In this document: positions 1 through 9,797 of the stretch, one piece after another
How the letters are laid out: the number at the start of each line of letters is the position of its first letter
Numbering within the stretch: the first letter of the stretch is position 1
Assembly (NCBI GenBank): GCA_965219535.1
Contig: CBDCNV010000002.1
Coordinates: forward strand, 660,001-692,000
Origin: Opitutales bacterium
GTDB lineage: Bacteria; Verrucomicrobiota; Verrucomicrobiia; Opitutales; PNEW01
Length of the DNA stretch: 32,000 nt
Direction: 5' to 3'
Translations under genes and position numbers: made by a program
Notes under the pieces: generated by a model
Databases searched by the model: none
Seen by the model: the letters and a program-made list of their open reading frames with translations, nothing else
What the model was told of the DNA's origin: nothing

Positions 1-171
1 GAGGGCACCTATGATCAGGTTAAAGTCGATGAGAAAGTATACGCTAAAATTCGCGCTTCTGGGTCGGGCTTTCATCCGCACTGGTTAGCCAATCCTCAAA
101 ACAGTCCCCGGCGCCAACGCTGGATCGATTGGCTGCGGAAATACGGGTTTGTCAAATCAGAAGCAGCTTGA
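1..171 (+). CDS. PhyH-like Fe(II)/2-oxoglutarate dioxygenase paralog, C-terminal fragment (5' end upstream of window)
   Basis: Frame 1 is open from nt 1 to TGA at 169-171. Translation ends ...GFHPHWLANPQNSPRRQRWIDWLRKYGFVKSEAA, the same W-L-x-N-P...RR-x-RWI-x-WL-x-x-GF tail that closes every complete paralog downstream. Confidence 0.8.
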   Translation, partial: EGTYDQVKVDEKVYAKIRASGSGFHPHWLANPQNSPRRQRWIDWLRKYGFVKSEAA

Positions 172-206
172 ATTTATTATAATCTAAAATCGAAAAGATA
201 AAAACT

Positions 207-1037
207 ATGATCACAGAACAACAGGTGTACTTCTTTAAAACTTTTGGATTTCTCGTGCTTAAAAACGTTTTAACACCGGATGAAATAAAAAAAATAAATG
301 AAGAGTTTGCGGTGGGATTGGCCAAAATGGATGAAACTAAAATGGGTGCCTCCGTGAGGAAGCAGTACAATTGGACTAATCTCGGACCCGATTCACCTTT
401 CACTGCCTCATTGCTGGAGGATGAACGGTTCTATGGAATAGCTCAGCAAATTTTGGGGGATGACTGTGTGGGTGTCGATTCTCATGCAAATCAATACAAC
501 GGGAATCGCAGTCCCTGGCATCCTGATATCAGGGAACCGGGGCCGGACCAGTTCAGTGGTTTTAAGTTTACCTTTTACCTTGCACCGGTCGACGGCAATT
601 CGGGTGCTCTCCGGGTTGTTCCCGGTTCGCACTGCCCCGGGTTCAGTAGAAATGTCGAAAAAGTCTATTTGAAAGATAATAATCCCGGACCGGACGACGA
701 TCCCGGTCTCGCTGTAAATGAAGTCCCCGCCCACATTTGCGTGTCCAAACCCGGGGACGCGGTGATTTTCGATTACTTTGTCTGGCACTCCAGTTGGGGT
801 GGCTCAAAAGACCGCCGGATGGTATCACTGCAGTATTACAAAAATCCGAAAACCCCTGAAGAAGAGGAAGGCATGCGCCAGATGGTTGCTTTTCGGAAAA
901 ATTTTAATAAAGGATTCAAACGTGAAACCAAACTTTATCCCGACTTCTGGCTTTCAAATCCGCATAATAATGCTATGCGTAGTCAATGGATAGAATGGTT
1001 TCAGAAGTGGGGCTTTATCGATGCGGTTAATGCCTGA
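207..1037 (+). CDS. PhyH-like Fe(II)/2OG dioxygenase paralog (most divergent + strand copy)
   Basis: 276 aa. N-terminal FGFLVLKNVL, metal motif SPWHPD, RVVPGSH, distal VWHSSWGG, KDRR, and tail FWLSNP...RSQWIEWFQKWGFIDA. Confidence 0.8.
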   Translation: MITEQQVYFFKTFGFLVLKNVLTPDEIKKINEEFAVGLAKMDETKMGASVRKQYNWTNLGPDSPFTASLLEDERFYGIAQQILGDDCVGVDSHANQYNGNRSPWHPDIREPGPDQFSGFKFTFYLAPVDGNSGALRVVPGSHCPGFSRNVEKVYLKDNNPGPDDDPGLAVNEVPAHICVSKPGDAVIFDYFVWHSSWGGSKDRRMVSLQYYKNPKTPEEEEGMRQMVAFRKNFNKGFKRETKLYPDFWLSNPHNNAMRSQWIEWFQKWGFIDAVNA

Positions 1038-1096
1038 CAATTAAAGAAAATTATATATTTTATTTAAAAATAATATTCAAAACTACCCCTTAAAAT

Positions 1097-1942
1097 ATGA
1101 TCGCTGAAAATTACAGCCTCACCGAAAAACAAATTCTACATTTTGAAACCTTTGGGTTTTTAGTCCGCAGAAATGTTTTCAGTGCTGAAGAAATGGCGAC
1201 AATAAATGGAGAATTCGATCGCCGCCGGGCTTCCATTTTAGCTGAAATCGATCCTGAAGAGAAAAAGACTTTCACTCAATGGCCTACCCGAAATCCGGAA
1301 AATCCCTTAACTGCCAGCTTGCTCGATGACCCGCGAATTTATGTGCCATCTGAACAACTGGTAGGAGAAGATTCCATTCCCGTCCAATCTCACTGCAACA
1401 GTTACGGGAAAAGTAGTGGATGGCATGTGGATACTTTTGATCGCCATTTATGTGTAGTCAAAAACATCATGTATCTTCAGCCGACAACCGCGGATCGTGG
1501 GGCCTTGCGTGTTATTCCCGGTTCACATAGAAATCCTTTATCGGAAGACCTGCACAGCATGGATTTGTATGGTTTCCATGATGACTCGTCGCCATTTTTA
1601 AAAGCATCCGGCATGAGAGGAGAAGATATACCCTGTTACATATTTGAGTCGGAGCCAGGCGATGTCATTACCTTTAACGAGTTAACCTGGCATGCGGCCT
1701 TTGGCGGTTATAAAGATCGCCGTTCCCTATCCTATAATTTTTTCACCAACCCAAAGACGGACGATGAAATTGAGTCGATGAAAACAATTGTCGAGCATAC
1801 CCCGGCAAACACACAGGGGTTGGGAACCGTGGGACTCGAATACCATCCCACCTGGTTGGATAATGCTGACAACAACCCGCGACGCGCGCGCTGGATAAAT
1901 TGGTTGGAAGAATGGGGCTTTGTGGATGCTTTTAAAAATTAA
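1097..1942 (+). CDS. PhyH-like Fe(II)/2OG dioxygenase paralog (clade A)
   Basis: 281 aa. FGFLVRRNVFSAEE, GWHVD, NIMYLQPTTADRGALRVIPGSH, TWHAAFGGYKDRR, and tail TWLDNADNNPRRARWINWLEEWGF. Confidence 0.85.
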   Translation: MIAENYSLTEKQILHFETFGFLVRRNVFSAEEMATINGEFDRRRASILAEIDPEEKKTFTQWPTRNPENPLTASLLDDPRIYVPSEQLVGEDSIPVQSHCNSYGKSSGWHVDTFDRHLCVVKNIMYLQPTTADRGALRVIPGSHRNPLSEDLHSMDLYGFHDDSSPFLKASGMRGEDIPCYIFESEPGDVITFNELTWHAAFGGYKDRRSLSYNFFTNPKTDDEIESMKTIVEHTPANTQGLGTVGLEYHPTWLDNADNNPRRARWINWLEEWGFVDAFKN

Positions 1943-1970
1943 AATTTAACCGGTTCTAAACTATAATATC

Positions 1971-2840
1971 ATGATACAGGACAACTATAGAATTAGTGAT
2001 CAGGAGATCGCACTTTATAAATCTTTCGGATTCTTAGTCCGCAGAAATGTATTTACGCCCGAAGAAATGGCGAAGGTGAACGAGGAATTCGACCGCCGCC
2101 GTGCATCGGTGGTGGCAGAAATCGATCCCAAAGAAGAACGGATATTTACCCAGTGGCCGACCCGAAATCCGGAGACACCCTTTACCGCCAGCCTGCTTGA
2201 AGACCCACGTATTTATGTGCCGATGGAACAACTGGTAGGTGAAGATTCTGTCCTCTTCCAGTCCAACTGTAATAGTTACTCCTGGGATGTCCAAAATTGG
2301 CACTATGATGTTGGAGTCACGGAAGTTGAAATGATCAAAAATGTCATGTATCTTCAGCCGACAACCGCAAACAACGGGGCTTTGCGATTTTTACCCGGTT
2401 CAAACAGAAATCCGCTGCGGAACGAACTTACAAACATGCAGTTGGCAAAACCACGCGACGAAATAGGTGTATTTTATGAAGCATCCGGTCTGCGGGGTGA
2501 AGATATCCCCTGCTTCATTTTTGAATCACAACCGGGTGATATCGTTGCTTTCAACGAGTTGACCTGGCATGCCGCCTTTGGCGGCTTTAAAGATCGTCGC
2601 TCCTGCACCTTTAATTTTATACAGCACCCGAAAACACCTGAGCAGAGAGCAGGTGTACAGGATATGGTGACGGGAGCTGCTCACAGCGTAGGGGCCCAGG
2701 GAACGGTGGGTCTGCAATATCATCCCACGTGGTTGGATAATCCTGACAACAGTCCACGGCGAGCGCGCTGGATAAGCAAGTTGGATGAATGGGGTTTCAT
2801 TGAGGCGTATAACACTGGAACTTATACTGAAAAAAAATGA
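1971..2840 (+). CDS. PhyH-like Fe(II)/2OG dioxygenase paralog (clade A)
   Basis: 289 aa. NWHYD, TWHAAFGGFKDRR and the conserved tail. The PGSH motif reads PGSN here. The stop overlaps the next start (ATGA at 2837-2840). Confidence 0.85.
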   Translation: MIQDNYRISDQEIALYKSFGFLVRRNVFTPEEMAKVNEEFDRRRASVVAEIDPKEERIFTQWPTRNPETPFTASLLEDPRIYVPMEQLVGEDSVLFQSNCNSYSWDVQNWHYDVGVTEVEMIKNVMYLQPTTANNGALRFLPGSNRNPLRNELTNMQLAKPRDEIGVFYEASGLRGEDIPCFIFESQPGDIVAFNELTWHAAFGGFKDRRSCTFNFIQHPKTPEQRAGVQDMVTGAAHSVGAQGTVGLQYHPTWLDNPDNSPRRARWISKLDEWGFIEAYNTGTYTEKK

Positions 2841-3682
2841 TACAGGAAAATAACAGTCTGACCGAAGCGCAGATTCAGCATTATGAGGTTTTTGGTTTCC
2901 TCGTAAGGAGAAACGTCTTCAGTGCTGAAGAGGTCGCTAAAATGAACGAAGAATTCGATCGCCGCCTTGCGACCCTCCTTGAGGAAACCGATCCAGAAGG
3001 GAAACGGGTTTTCAACAACTGGCCGAACCGGAATCCTGAAACCCCCTTTATTGCCAGTTTGCTTGATGATCCGCGTATTTATCAACACTCGGAACAACTG
3101 GTCGGAGAAGACTCAGTCCCCGTCCATTCTAATGCCAATAGCTATGGTCAAGATAGTGGATGGCATCCGGACAGGACCGATCATCATATGTGCACGATTA
3201 AAAATGTCATGTATCTTCAGCCGACAACCGCGGAGCGCGGCGCCTTGCGTGTCATTCCCGGTTCACATAAAAATCCGTTACATGAAGATCTTCTCCGCAT
3301 CGGGTTGAGGGGGTTCAAAGAAGAAGACGTTCAGTTTTTGAAAAACTCCGGTTTGCGCGGTGCAGATATTCCCTGCTATATTTTCGAATCGAATCCTGGC
3401 GATGTCATAACCTTTAATGAGCTGACCTGGCATGCGGCCTTTGGCGGTTTTAAAGACCGCCGTACTTGTACTTTTAATTTTTATCGCAACCCGAAAGAAC
3501 CTGAAGAGATCGCATCGATGCAATTGGAAGTAAAAAACTATGCTGAAGATACTAAAAATTTAGGGACCGTCGGATTGCAATTTCATCCCTCGTGGTTGGA
3601 AAATCCTGACCACAATCCCCGACGTGAACGCTGGATCAAATGGCTTGAAGAATGGGGCTTCTTACAAGCTCAATATGAATAA
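2837..3682 (+). CDS. PhyH-like Fe(II)/2OG dioxygenase paralog (clade A)
   Basis: 281 aa. GWHPD, RVIPGSHKNPLHEDLLRIGL, TWHAAFGGFKDRR, and tail SWLENPDHNPRRERWIKWLEEWGF. Confidence 0.85.
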   Translation: MIQENNSLTEAQIQHYEVFGFLVRRNVFSAEEVAKMNEEFDRRLATLLEETDPEGKRVFNNWPNRNPETPFIASLLDDPRIYQHSEQLVGEDSVPVHSNANSYGQDSGWHPDRTDHHMCTIKNVMYLQPTTAERGALRVIPGSHKNPLHEDLLRIGLRGFKEEDVQFLKNSGLRGADIPCYIFESNPGDVITFNELTWHAAFGGFKDRRTCTFNFYRNPKEPEEIASMQLEVKNYAEDTKNLGTVGLQFHPSWLENPDHNPRRERWIKWLEEWGFLQAQYE

Positions 3683-3700
3683 AATCGATACTGAATTAAA

Positions 3701-4525
3701 ATGATTCAGGATAATTATAGCCTCAGCGAGGCGCAGATTCAGCATTTTGAAGTTTTTGGTTTTCTCGTAAGAAGAAACGTCTTCAGTGCTGAAGAGGTGG
3801 CGAGAATGAACGAGGAGTTTGATCGTCGGTTTGCCGCGGTCCTCAAGGAAACAAACCCTGAAGGGAAGCGGTTTTTACATTGGACAAATTTGACTCAGGA
3901 TACTCCCTATATTGCGAGTTTGCTCGATGACCCGCGAATTTATCGGCACTCCGAACAACTGATTGGTGAAGATTCTGTTTTTATCAATTCAGGCTCCAAC
4001 AGTTTTCCGACAGGTACTGGATGGCATCCGGACAGGACCGATCTTAATATGTGCGCCATAAGAAATGTCATGTATCTGCAGCCGACAACTGCGGACCGTG
4101 GAGCCTTGCGTGTTATTCCCGGGTCGCACAAAAATCCACTGCATGAAGAGCTTCTCCGCATCGGATTGTGGGTCTCCAAAGGTAAAGGATCACCGTATTT
4201 AGAGAAATCCGGCTTGAGCGGTGAAGATATACCCTGCTACATAATTGAATCGAATCCGGGCGATGTCATTACCTTTAACGAGCTGACCTGGCATGCGGCC
4301 TTTGGTGGGTATAAAGATCGTCGCTACTGCAACTTTGATTTTTATCGCAATCCGAAGTCACCTGATGAAATAGCCTCAATGCGATTAGAAGCAGAAAAAG
4401 GTAAACAATATGATCCCTGGTGGTTGGAAAATCCTGACAACATTCCGCGACGTGGACGCTGGCTTAACTGGTTAAAAGAATGGGGTTTATTCGAGGTTGA
4501 AAATAAAGAATCAATTCTGAATTAA
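3701..4525 (+). CDS. PhyH-like Fe(II)/2OG dioxygenase paralog (clade A, shortest copy)
   Basis: 274 aa. GWHPD, RVIPGSH, TWHAAFGGYKDRR. The segment before the C-terminal tail is visibly shorter than in its neighbours (…EAEKGKQYDPWWLENP…). Confidence 0.85.
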   Translation: MIQDNYSLSEAQIQHFEVFGFLVRRNVFSAEEVARMNEEFDRRFAAVLKETNPEGKRFLHWTNLTQDTPYIASLLDDPRIYRHSEQLIGEDSVFINSGSNSFPTGTGWHPDRTDLNMCAIRNVMYLQPTTADRGALRVIPGSHKNPLHEELLRIGLWVSKGKGSPYLEKSGLSGEDIPCYIIESNPGDVITFNELTWHAAFGGYKDRRYCNFDFYRNPKSPDEIASMRLEAEKGKQYDPWWLENPDNIPRRGRWLNWLKEWGLFEVENKESILN

Positions 4526-4526
4526 A

Positions 4527-5390
4527 ATGATCCAGGACAATTATAGCCTCAGCGAGTCGCAGATTCAGCATTTTCAGGTTTTTGGTTTCCTCGTAAGGCG
4601 AAAGGTTTTCACTGATGGGGAAGTGGCGAGAATGAACGCGGAATTCGATCGTCGCCTGGCCTCTGTCCTCGAAGAAACTGATCCTGAAGGGAATCAGACT
4701 TTAAACAACTGGACTAATCGGACCCCGGAAACACCTTTTATTGCAAGCTTGCTTGAGGACCCACGTATCTATCTGCCCGCGGAACAACTGGTGGGTGAAG
4801 ACTCTGTCCCTGTCCATTCGAACGCCAACAGCTATGGGACAAATACCAATTGGCATCCGGATAGGACCGATCATAATGTGGGGGCAATCAAAAATGTTAT
4901 GTATCTACAGAAGACTACCGCGGATCGCGGTGCCTTGCGAGTCATTCCCGGGTCGCACAAAAATCCGCTGCATGAAGATCTACTCCGCATCGGATTGCGT
5001 CATATAGAGGGTGAAAAAGACAAATTTTTAGAAGCATCTAATCTTAGCGGGGAAGACATTCCCTGTTATGTATTTGAATCGGAACCGGGTGATATCATTA
5101 CCTTTAACGAGTTGACCTGGCACGCGGCCTTTGGCGGTTATCGAGATCGTCGCACTTGCACCTTTAATTTTTATCGCAATCCGAAGGCGCCCGAAGAGAT
5201 CGAATCGATGCGAAAAGAAGTGGAATATACTTCTAAGAACAATGGTAGATTTGGGACGATGGGGTTGCAATATGATCCTTGGTGGTTGGAAAATCCTGAT
5301 CATAATTCGCGTCGTGCGCGATGGATCAACTGGTTGAAAGAATGGGGTTTCGTGGATGCATATGATAATCAAAAAACTGAACTGAAGTAA
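4527..5390 (+). CDS. PhyH-like Fe(II)/2OG dioxygenase paralog (clade A)
   Basis: 287 aa. NWHPD, RVIPGSH, TWHAAFGGYRDRR and the conserved tail. The start lies 1 nt after the previous stop. Confidence 0.85.
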   Translation: MIQDNYSLSESQIQHFQVFGFLVRRKVFTDGEVARMNAEFDRRLASVLEETDPEGNQTLNNWTNRTPETPFIASLLEDPRIYLPAEQLVGEDSVPVHSNANSYGTNTNWHPDRTDHNVGAIKNVMYLQKTTADRGALRVIPGSHKNPLHEDLLRIGLRHIEGEKDKFLEASNLSGEDIPCYVFESEPGDIITFNELTWHAAFGGYRDRRTCTFNFYRNPKAPEEIESMRKEVEYTSKNNGRFGTMGLQYDPWWLENPDHNSRRARWINWLKEWGFVDAYDNQKTELK

Positions 5391-5391
5391 A

Positions 5392-6237
5392 ATGATACAG
5401 GAAAATTACAGCCTCACCGAAGCGCAGATACAGCATTTTGAAGTTTTTGGGTTCCTCGTCCGTAGAGAGGTATTCAGTCCTGAGGAAATAAGGAAAATGA
5501 ACGAGGAATTCGATCATCGTCTCGCCTCTCTCAAAGCGGAAGCAGACCCCAGCGAAGAACGACTTTTCAATAACTGGCCTAACCGGAATCCCCAGACACC
5601 CTATATTTCCAGTTTGCTCGAAGACCCGCGTATTTATGGTCCTTCGGAGCAGCTCTTAGGCGAAGACTGTGTGCCTGTTCACTCCAATGCCAACAGTTAC
5701 GCGAAAAGTTCGGCCTGGCATCCGGATACGAAGGATGCCCATTTATTGATGGTTAAGAACGTCATGTATCTACAGCCGACGACGGCTGAACGTGGGGCTT
5801 TGCGAGTCATTCCCGGTTCACATAAAAATCCCCTTCATGAAGAGCTTTTGCGTATCGGGTTGGATTGTTCCTTTGGAAAGGAATCACGTTACTTGAATGA
5901 CTCCGGCTTGCTGGGTGAAGATATACCGAGTTATGCCTTCTGTTCACAACCGGGTGATTTAATTATGTTCAACCAGCGTCTATGGCACGCGGCCTTTGGC
6001 GGTTATGAAGATCGCCGTACTTGTACCTATAATTTCTATCAGAACCCCAAGTCAGCGGAAGAAAAAGAAGTGATGCAAAAACAGCTGGAAGTTGCCCGGA
6101 AGAATATTAAATTCCTGGGAACGGTTGGACCGCAATACCATCCCTGGTGGTTGGAAAATCCCGAGGGCAACCCGAGGCGCGCACGTTGGATAAATTTCTT
6201 AAATGATTGGGGTTTCGTGGAAGCAAAAAATAATTAA
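5392..6237 (+). CDS. PhyH-like Fe(II)/2OG dioxygenase paralog (clade A)
   Basis: 281 aa. AWHPD, RVIPGSH, LWHAAFGGYEDRR and the conserved tail. The start lies 1 nt after the previous stop. Confidence 0.85.
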   Translation: MIQENYSLTEAQIQHFEVFGFLVRREVFSPEEIRKMNEEFDHRLASLKAEADPSEERLFNNWPNRNPQTPYISSLLEDPRIYGPSEQLLGEDCVPVHSNANSYAKSSAWHPDTKDAHLLMVKNVMYLQPTTAERGALRVIPGSHKNPLHEELLRIGLDCSFGKESRYLNDSGLLGEDIPSYAFCSQPGDLIMFNQRLWHAAFGGYEDRRTCTYNFYQNPKSAEEKEVMQKQLEVARKNIKFLGTVGPQYHPWWLENPEGNPRRARWINFLNDWGFVEAKNN

Positions 6238-6258
6238 TCAACCGCAAAAATAAATATT

Positions 6259-7116
6259 ATGATTCAAGAAAATCACAGTTTGACCGATGAGCAGGTCCAG
6301 CACTATGAGACCTTCGGTTTTCTTATTCGACGCCAGGTGTTCAGCCCTGAGGAAATTGACCGGATCAACGGGGAGTTCGATACTCATCTCACCGCGATTA
6401 AAGATGATTTTGATAAAATAAAAGATAGCCGTCGCCGTAAATGGCCTAACTGGTCGAACCTTATTCCGGAAACACCTATGAACGCAAATTTGTTGGAAGA
6501 TCCGCGCATTTGTCTACCCACGGAACAATTACAGGGAGAAGACACCGTTCCTGTGTATTCCAATGCTAACAGCTTTAGACAAAACACCAACTGGCACCCG
6601 GATATGAGACAACGACATATTCGCGCGCTTAAAAATCTTATCTATCTGCAACCCACGACTGCTGACCGCGGGTCTTTGCGTCTAATCCCTGGTTCACATT
6701 CTAGTCCTTTATTTGATGAGCTGATTCGTATCGGGTTGAGACCTACTGATGATAGTGAAGCTGATTTTCTTACAGAATCCGGTATGCGTGGCGAAGATAT
6801 TCCCGCTTATGTTTTTTGTTCACAGCCGGGTGATGTCGTAACCTTCAGCATGAATGTGTGGCATGCGGCTTTTGGCGGTTATGAAGACCGCAGGGACCTA
6901 TCCTTTGCCTATTACAGCAATCCTAAGACGGACCAGGAAGAAGTGGAGCTGCGCGCCCAGGTGGAAAATGCCAAAAACATCAGTCCCAATATGGATTTGC
7001 AAGATTCGGATTACTATCATTCCTGGTGGCTGGAAAATTCCGAGGGCAGTGCGAAGCGAGAGCGCTGGATAAAATGGTTGAATGATTGGGGATTTATCGA
7101 AGCAATGAATAATTAA
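6259..7116 (+). CDS. PhyH-like Fe(II)/2OG dioxygenase paralog (clade B)
   Basis: 285 aa. Clade B signatures WPNWSNLIPETP, LQGEDT, NWHPD, RLIPGSH, VWHAAFGGYEDRR, YYHSWWLENSEGSAKRERWIKWLNDWGF. Confidence 0.85.
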   Translation: MIQENHSLTDEQVQHYETFGFLIRRQVFSPEEIDRINGEFDTHLTAIKDDFDKIKDSRRRKWPNWSNLIPETPMNANLLEDPRICLPTEQLQGEDTVPVYSNANSFRQNTNWHPDMRQRHIRALKNLIYLQPTTADRGSLRLIPGSHSSPLFDELIRIGLRPTDDSEADFLTESGMRGEDIPAYVFCSQPGDVVTFSMNVWHAAFGGYEDRRDLSFAYYSNPKTDQEEVELRAQVENAKNISPNMDLQDSDYYHSWWLENSEGSAKRERWIKWLNDWGFIEAMNN

Positions 7117-7136
7117 TTAACCACGAAAATAATATT

Positions 7137-8012
7137 ATGATCCAGGATAATCACAGTCTGACCGAATCGCAGATCCAGCATTTTGAAACATTCGGTTTTA
7201 TTGTCCGTCGCCAAGTCTTCAGTCCGAAGGAAATTGATCTGATCAATGAGGAGTTCGAGCAGTATTTGACGACGACTAAAGGCGAATTTGAGAAGAAAGT
7301 CAGGGACGAAGACCGGCGTTGGCCCAACTGGTCTAACTTGAATCCGGATACGCCATTAATGGCGAGTTTGCTCGAAGATCCGCGCATCTGCGTACCCTCG
7401 GAACAGTTACAGGGAGAGGACACCTTTCCCGTGTATTCCAATTGCAACAGCTTTAGATATAACACCCGCTGGCATCCGGATACAAGATTGCAAAATTTGC
7501 GTATGCTCAAAAATCTCTTCTATTTGCAGCCCACCACCGGTGACAACGGATCTTTGCGTGTGATCCCCGGTTCGCATAAGGGTCCGTTGTTCGATGAGCT
7601 GATTAGAATCGGGTTAAATAACATTTATGATAACGATCCAGATTTTCTAAAAGAATCGGGCATGAGCGGCGAAGATATTCCCTCCTATATATTCAGTTCG
7701 CAGCCAGGCGATGTCATCACCTTTAACATGAGGCTATGGCACGCTGCTTTTAATACCTACGAAGACCGCCGGAACTGTTCCTATGCTTTTTTAAGCAATC
7801 CCAAAACGACGGATGAAGAAGAGGATCTGCGAGTAATGGCGGAATCTGCTAAAACCACGACAACGGATCTGAAAATGGTTTTGAAAGATTCTCAATACTA
7901 TCATTCGTGGTGGTTGGAGAACGCAGAGGACAGTCCGAAGCGCGCGCGCTGGATAAAAAGGCTGGATGATTGGGGTTTTATCGATAACGTGAATAATTCA
8001 ACGAAAAATTAA
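7137..8012 (+). CDS. PhyH-like Fe(II)/2OG dioxygenase paralog (clade B)
   Basis: 291 aa. WPNWSNLNPDTP, RWHPD, RVIPGSH, LWHAAFNTYEDRR and the conserved tail. 20-nt spacer to the previous gene. Confidence 0.85.
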   Translation: MIQDNHSLTESQIQHFETFGFIVRRQVFSPKEIDLINEEFEQYLTTTKGEFEKKVRDEDRRWPNWSNLNPDTPLMASLLEDPRICVPSEQLQGEDTFPVYSNCNSFRYNTRWHPDTRLQNLRMLKNLFYLQPTTGDNGSLRVIPGSHKGPLFDELIRIGLNNIYDNDPDFLKESGMSGEDIPSYIFSSQPGDVITFNMRLWHAAFNTYEDRRNCSYAFLSNPKTTDEEEDLRVMAESAKTTTTDLKMVLKDSQYYHSWWLENAEDSPKRARWIKRLDDWGFIDNVNNSTKN

Positions 8013-8032
8013 ATAGCGCGGAAAATGATCTT

Positions 8033-8893
8033 ATGATCCAGGAGAATTACAGTCTAACGGAAGAGCAGATTCAGCATTTTGAAACTTTCGGATTTATTGT
8101 TCGTCGCCAGGTCTTCAGCCCTGAGGAAATTGACCGGATTAACAAGGAGTTCGATAACTATCTCGCTTCAATTAAGGATGGATTTGAAAAGAAACATGAA
8201 CCCGGTATTCGCTGCTGGCCCAATTGGTCGAACTTGAACCCAGATACGCCCTACATGGCTGGTTTATTGGAAGATCCTCGCATTTATGTGCCCTCAGAAC
8301 AATTACAAGGGGAAGACACTTACGCCGTTTATTCCAATGCGAACAGCTTTAGATTTAATAGCAACTGGCACCCAGATGCGGTATATCCAAATTTGCATCT
8401 GCTCAAGAGTCTCGTCTATCTGCAACCGACGACCGCTGACAACGGATCATTGCGTGTAATTCCGGGTTCGCATAAAAATCCACTCTTCGATGATCTCCAA
8501 CGCCTGAAGATGATTAATTCTAATGATAAATCGGAACCTCTAGATGGATCCGCGATGCGTAGTGAAGATGTTCCCGCTTATGTATTTTGTTCGCAGCCGG
8601 GTGATGTCATTACCTTTAACCAAAGATTATGGCACGCGGCTTTTAATGGTTACGAAGACCGCAGAAACTGCTCTTTTGCTTTTTACAGCTATCCCAGGAC
8701 GGCCGATGAAAAAGAGGAACTGCAGGGACTGTTGAAAATTGCCAGAAATGCGGCAAGCGGACTGAAAATGGAATTGAAGGATTCAAAATACTACCATCCC
8801 TGGTGGTTGGAAAATCCTGAGGCTAGTCCGAAGCGCGCGAGTTGGATAAAATCGCTCGATGAATTGGGCTTTCTCAATGCGGTTGATAATTAA
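8033..8893 (+). CDS. PhyH-like Fe(II)/2OG dioxygenase paralog (clade B)
   Basis: 286 aa. NWHPD, RVIPGSH, LWHAAFNGYEDRR, and tail PWWLENPEASPKRASWIKSLDELGF. 20-nt spacer. Confidence 0.85.
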   Translation: MIQENYSLTEEQIQHFETFGFIVRRQVFSPEEIDRINKEFDNYLASIKDGFEKKHEPGIRCWPNWSNLNPDTPYMAGLLEDPRIYVPSEQLQGEDTYAVYSNANSFRFNSNWHPDAVYPNLHLLKSLVYLQPTTADNGSLRVIPGSHKNPLFDDLQRLKMINSNDKSEPLDGSAMRSEDVPAYVFCSQPGDVITFNQRLWHAAFNGYEDRRNCSFAFYSYPRTADEKEELQGLLKIARNAASGLKMELKDSKYYHPWWLENPEASPKRASWIKSLDELGFLNAVDN

Positions 8894-8913
8894 GCAATCT
8901 TCGGAATTATATC

Positions 8914-9777
8914 ATGATCCAGGAAGATCACAGTCTAACTGAAGAGCAGGTCCAGCATTTTGAAACTTTCGGTTTTATTGTCCGTCGCCAAGTCTTCGGT
9001 CTGAAGGAAATTGAACGGATTGACGCGGAGTTTGATAAATATCTCGCGGCGATTAAAGAGGAATTTGAAAAGAAAACGGATCCCAGTACACGCCGCTGGC
9101 CCAACTGGTCCAACCTGAATCCGGATACACCAATTATGGCCGGTATGTTGGAAGATCCTCGCATTTATGTGCCCACAGAACAATTACAGGGTGAAGACAC
9201 CGTCCCCCTGTATTCCAATGCCAACAGCTTTAGATTTAACAGCAACTGGCATCCGGATACGCGGCAATGTCATTTGCCTATGCTTAAAATTCTTGTCTAT
9301 CTGCAACCCACGACCGGGGACCATGGATCTTTGCGTGTGATCCCTGGTTCGCATAAGAGTCCCCTCTACGATAACCTCCAACGACTGAAGTTGAGTTATT
9401 CTGATGATAAGCAGTCGAAATCTTTAAAGGAATCCGGCATGCGTGGCGAAGATATTCCCGCTTATATATTCAATTCGCAGCCGGGGGATGTTATTATTTT
9501 TAACATGAGGTTATGGCACGCGGCTTTCTGCGGTTTTGAAGATCGCAGGAACTGTTCATTTGCTTTTTGCAGCAATCCCAAGACGACAGAAGAAGAGGAG
9601 GATCTGAAATCGCAGTTAGAAAATGCCAAAACATTGACCGGGGGGTTGAGAATGGAATTGAAAGATTCGAAATACTACCATCCCTGGTGGTTGGAAAATC
9701 CCGAGGGCAGCCCGAGGCGCGAGCGCTGGATAAACTGGCTCAATGAGCGGGGCTTCATCGATGCAGTGAATAATTAA
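8914..9777 (+). CDS. PhyH-like Fe(II)/2OG dioxygenase paralog (clade B)
   Basis: 287 aa. NWHPD, RVIPGSH, LWHAAFCGFEDRR and the conserved tail. 20-nt spacer. Confidence 0.85.
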   Translation: MIQEDHSLTEEQVQHFETFGFIVRRQVFGLKEIERIDAEFDKYLAAIKEEFEKKTDPSTRRWPNWSNLNPDTPIMAGMLEDPRIYVPTEQLQGEDTVPLYSNANSFRFNSNWHPDTRQCHLPMLKILVYLQPTTGDHGSLRVIPGSHKSPLYDNLQRLKLSYSDDKQSKSLKESGMRGEDIPAYIFNSQPGDVIIFNMRLWHAAFCGFEDRRNCSFAFCSNPKTTEEEEDLKSQLENAKTLTGGLRMELKDSKYYHPWWLENPEGSPRRERWINWLNERGFIDAVNN

Positions 9778-9797
9778 ATAGCTGTGATAATCTTATC

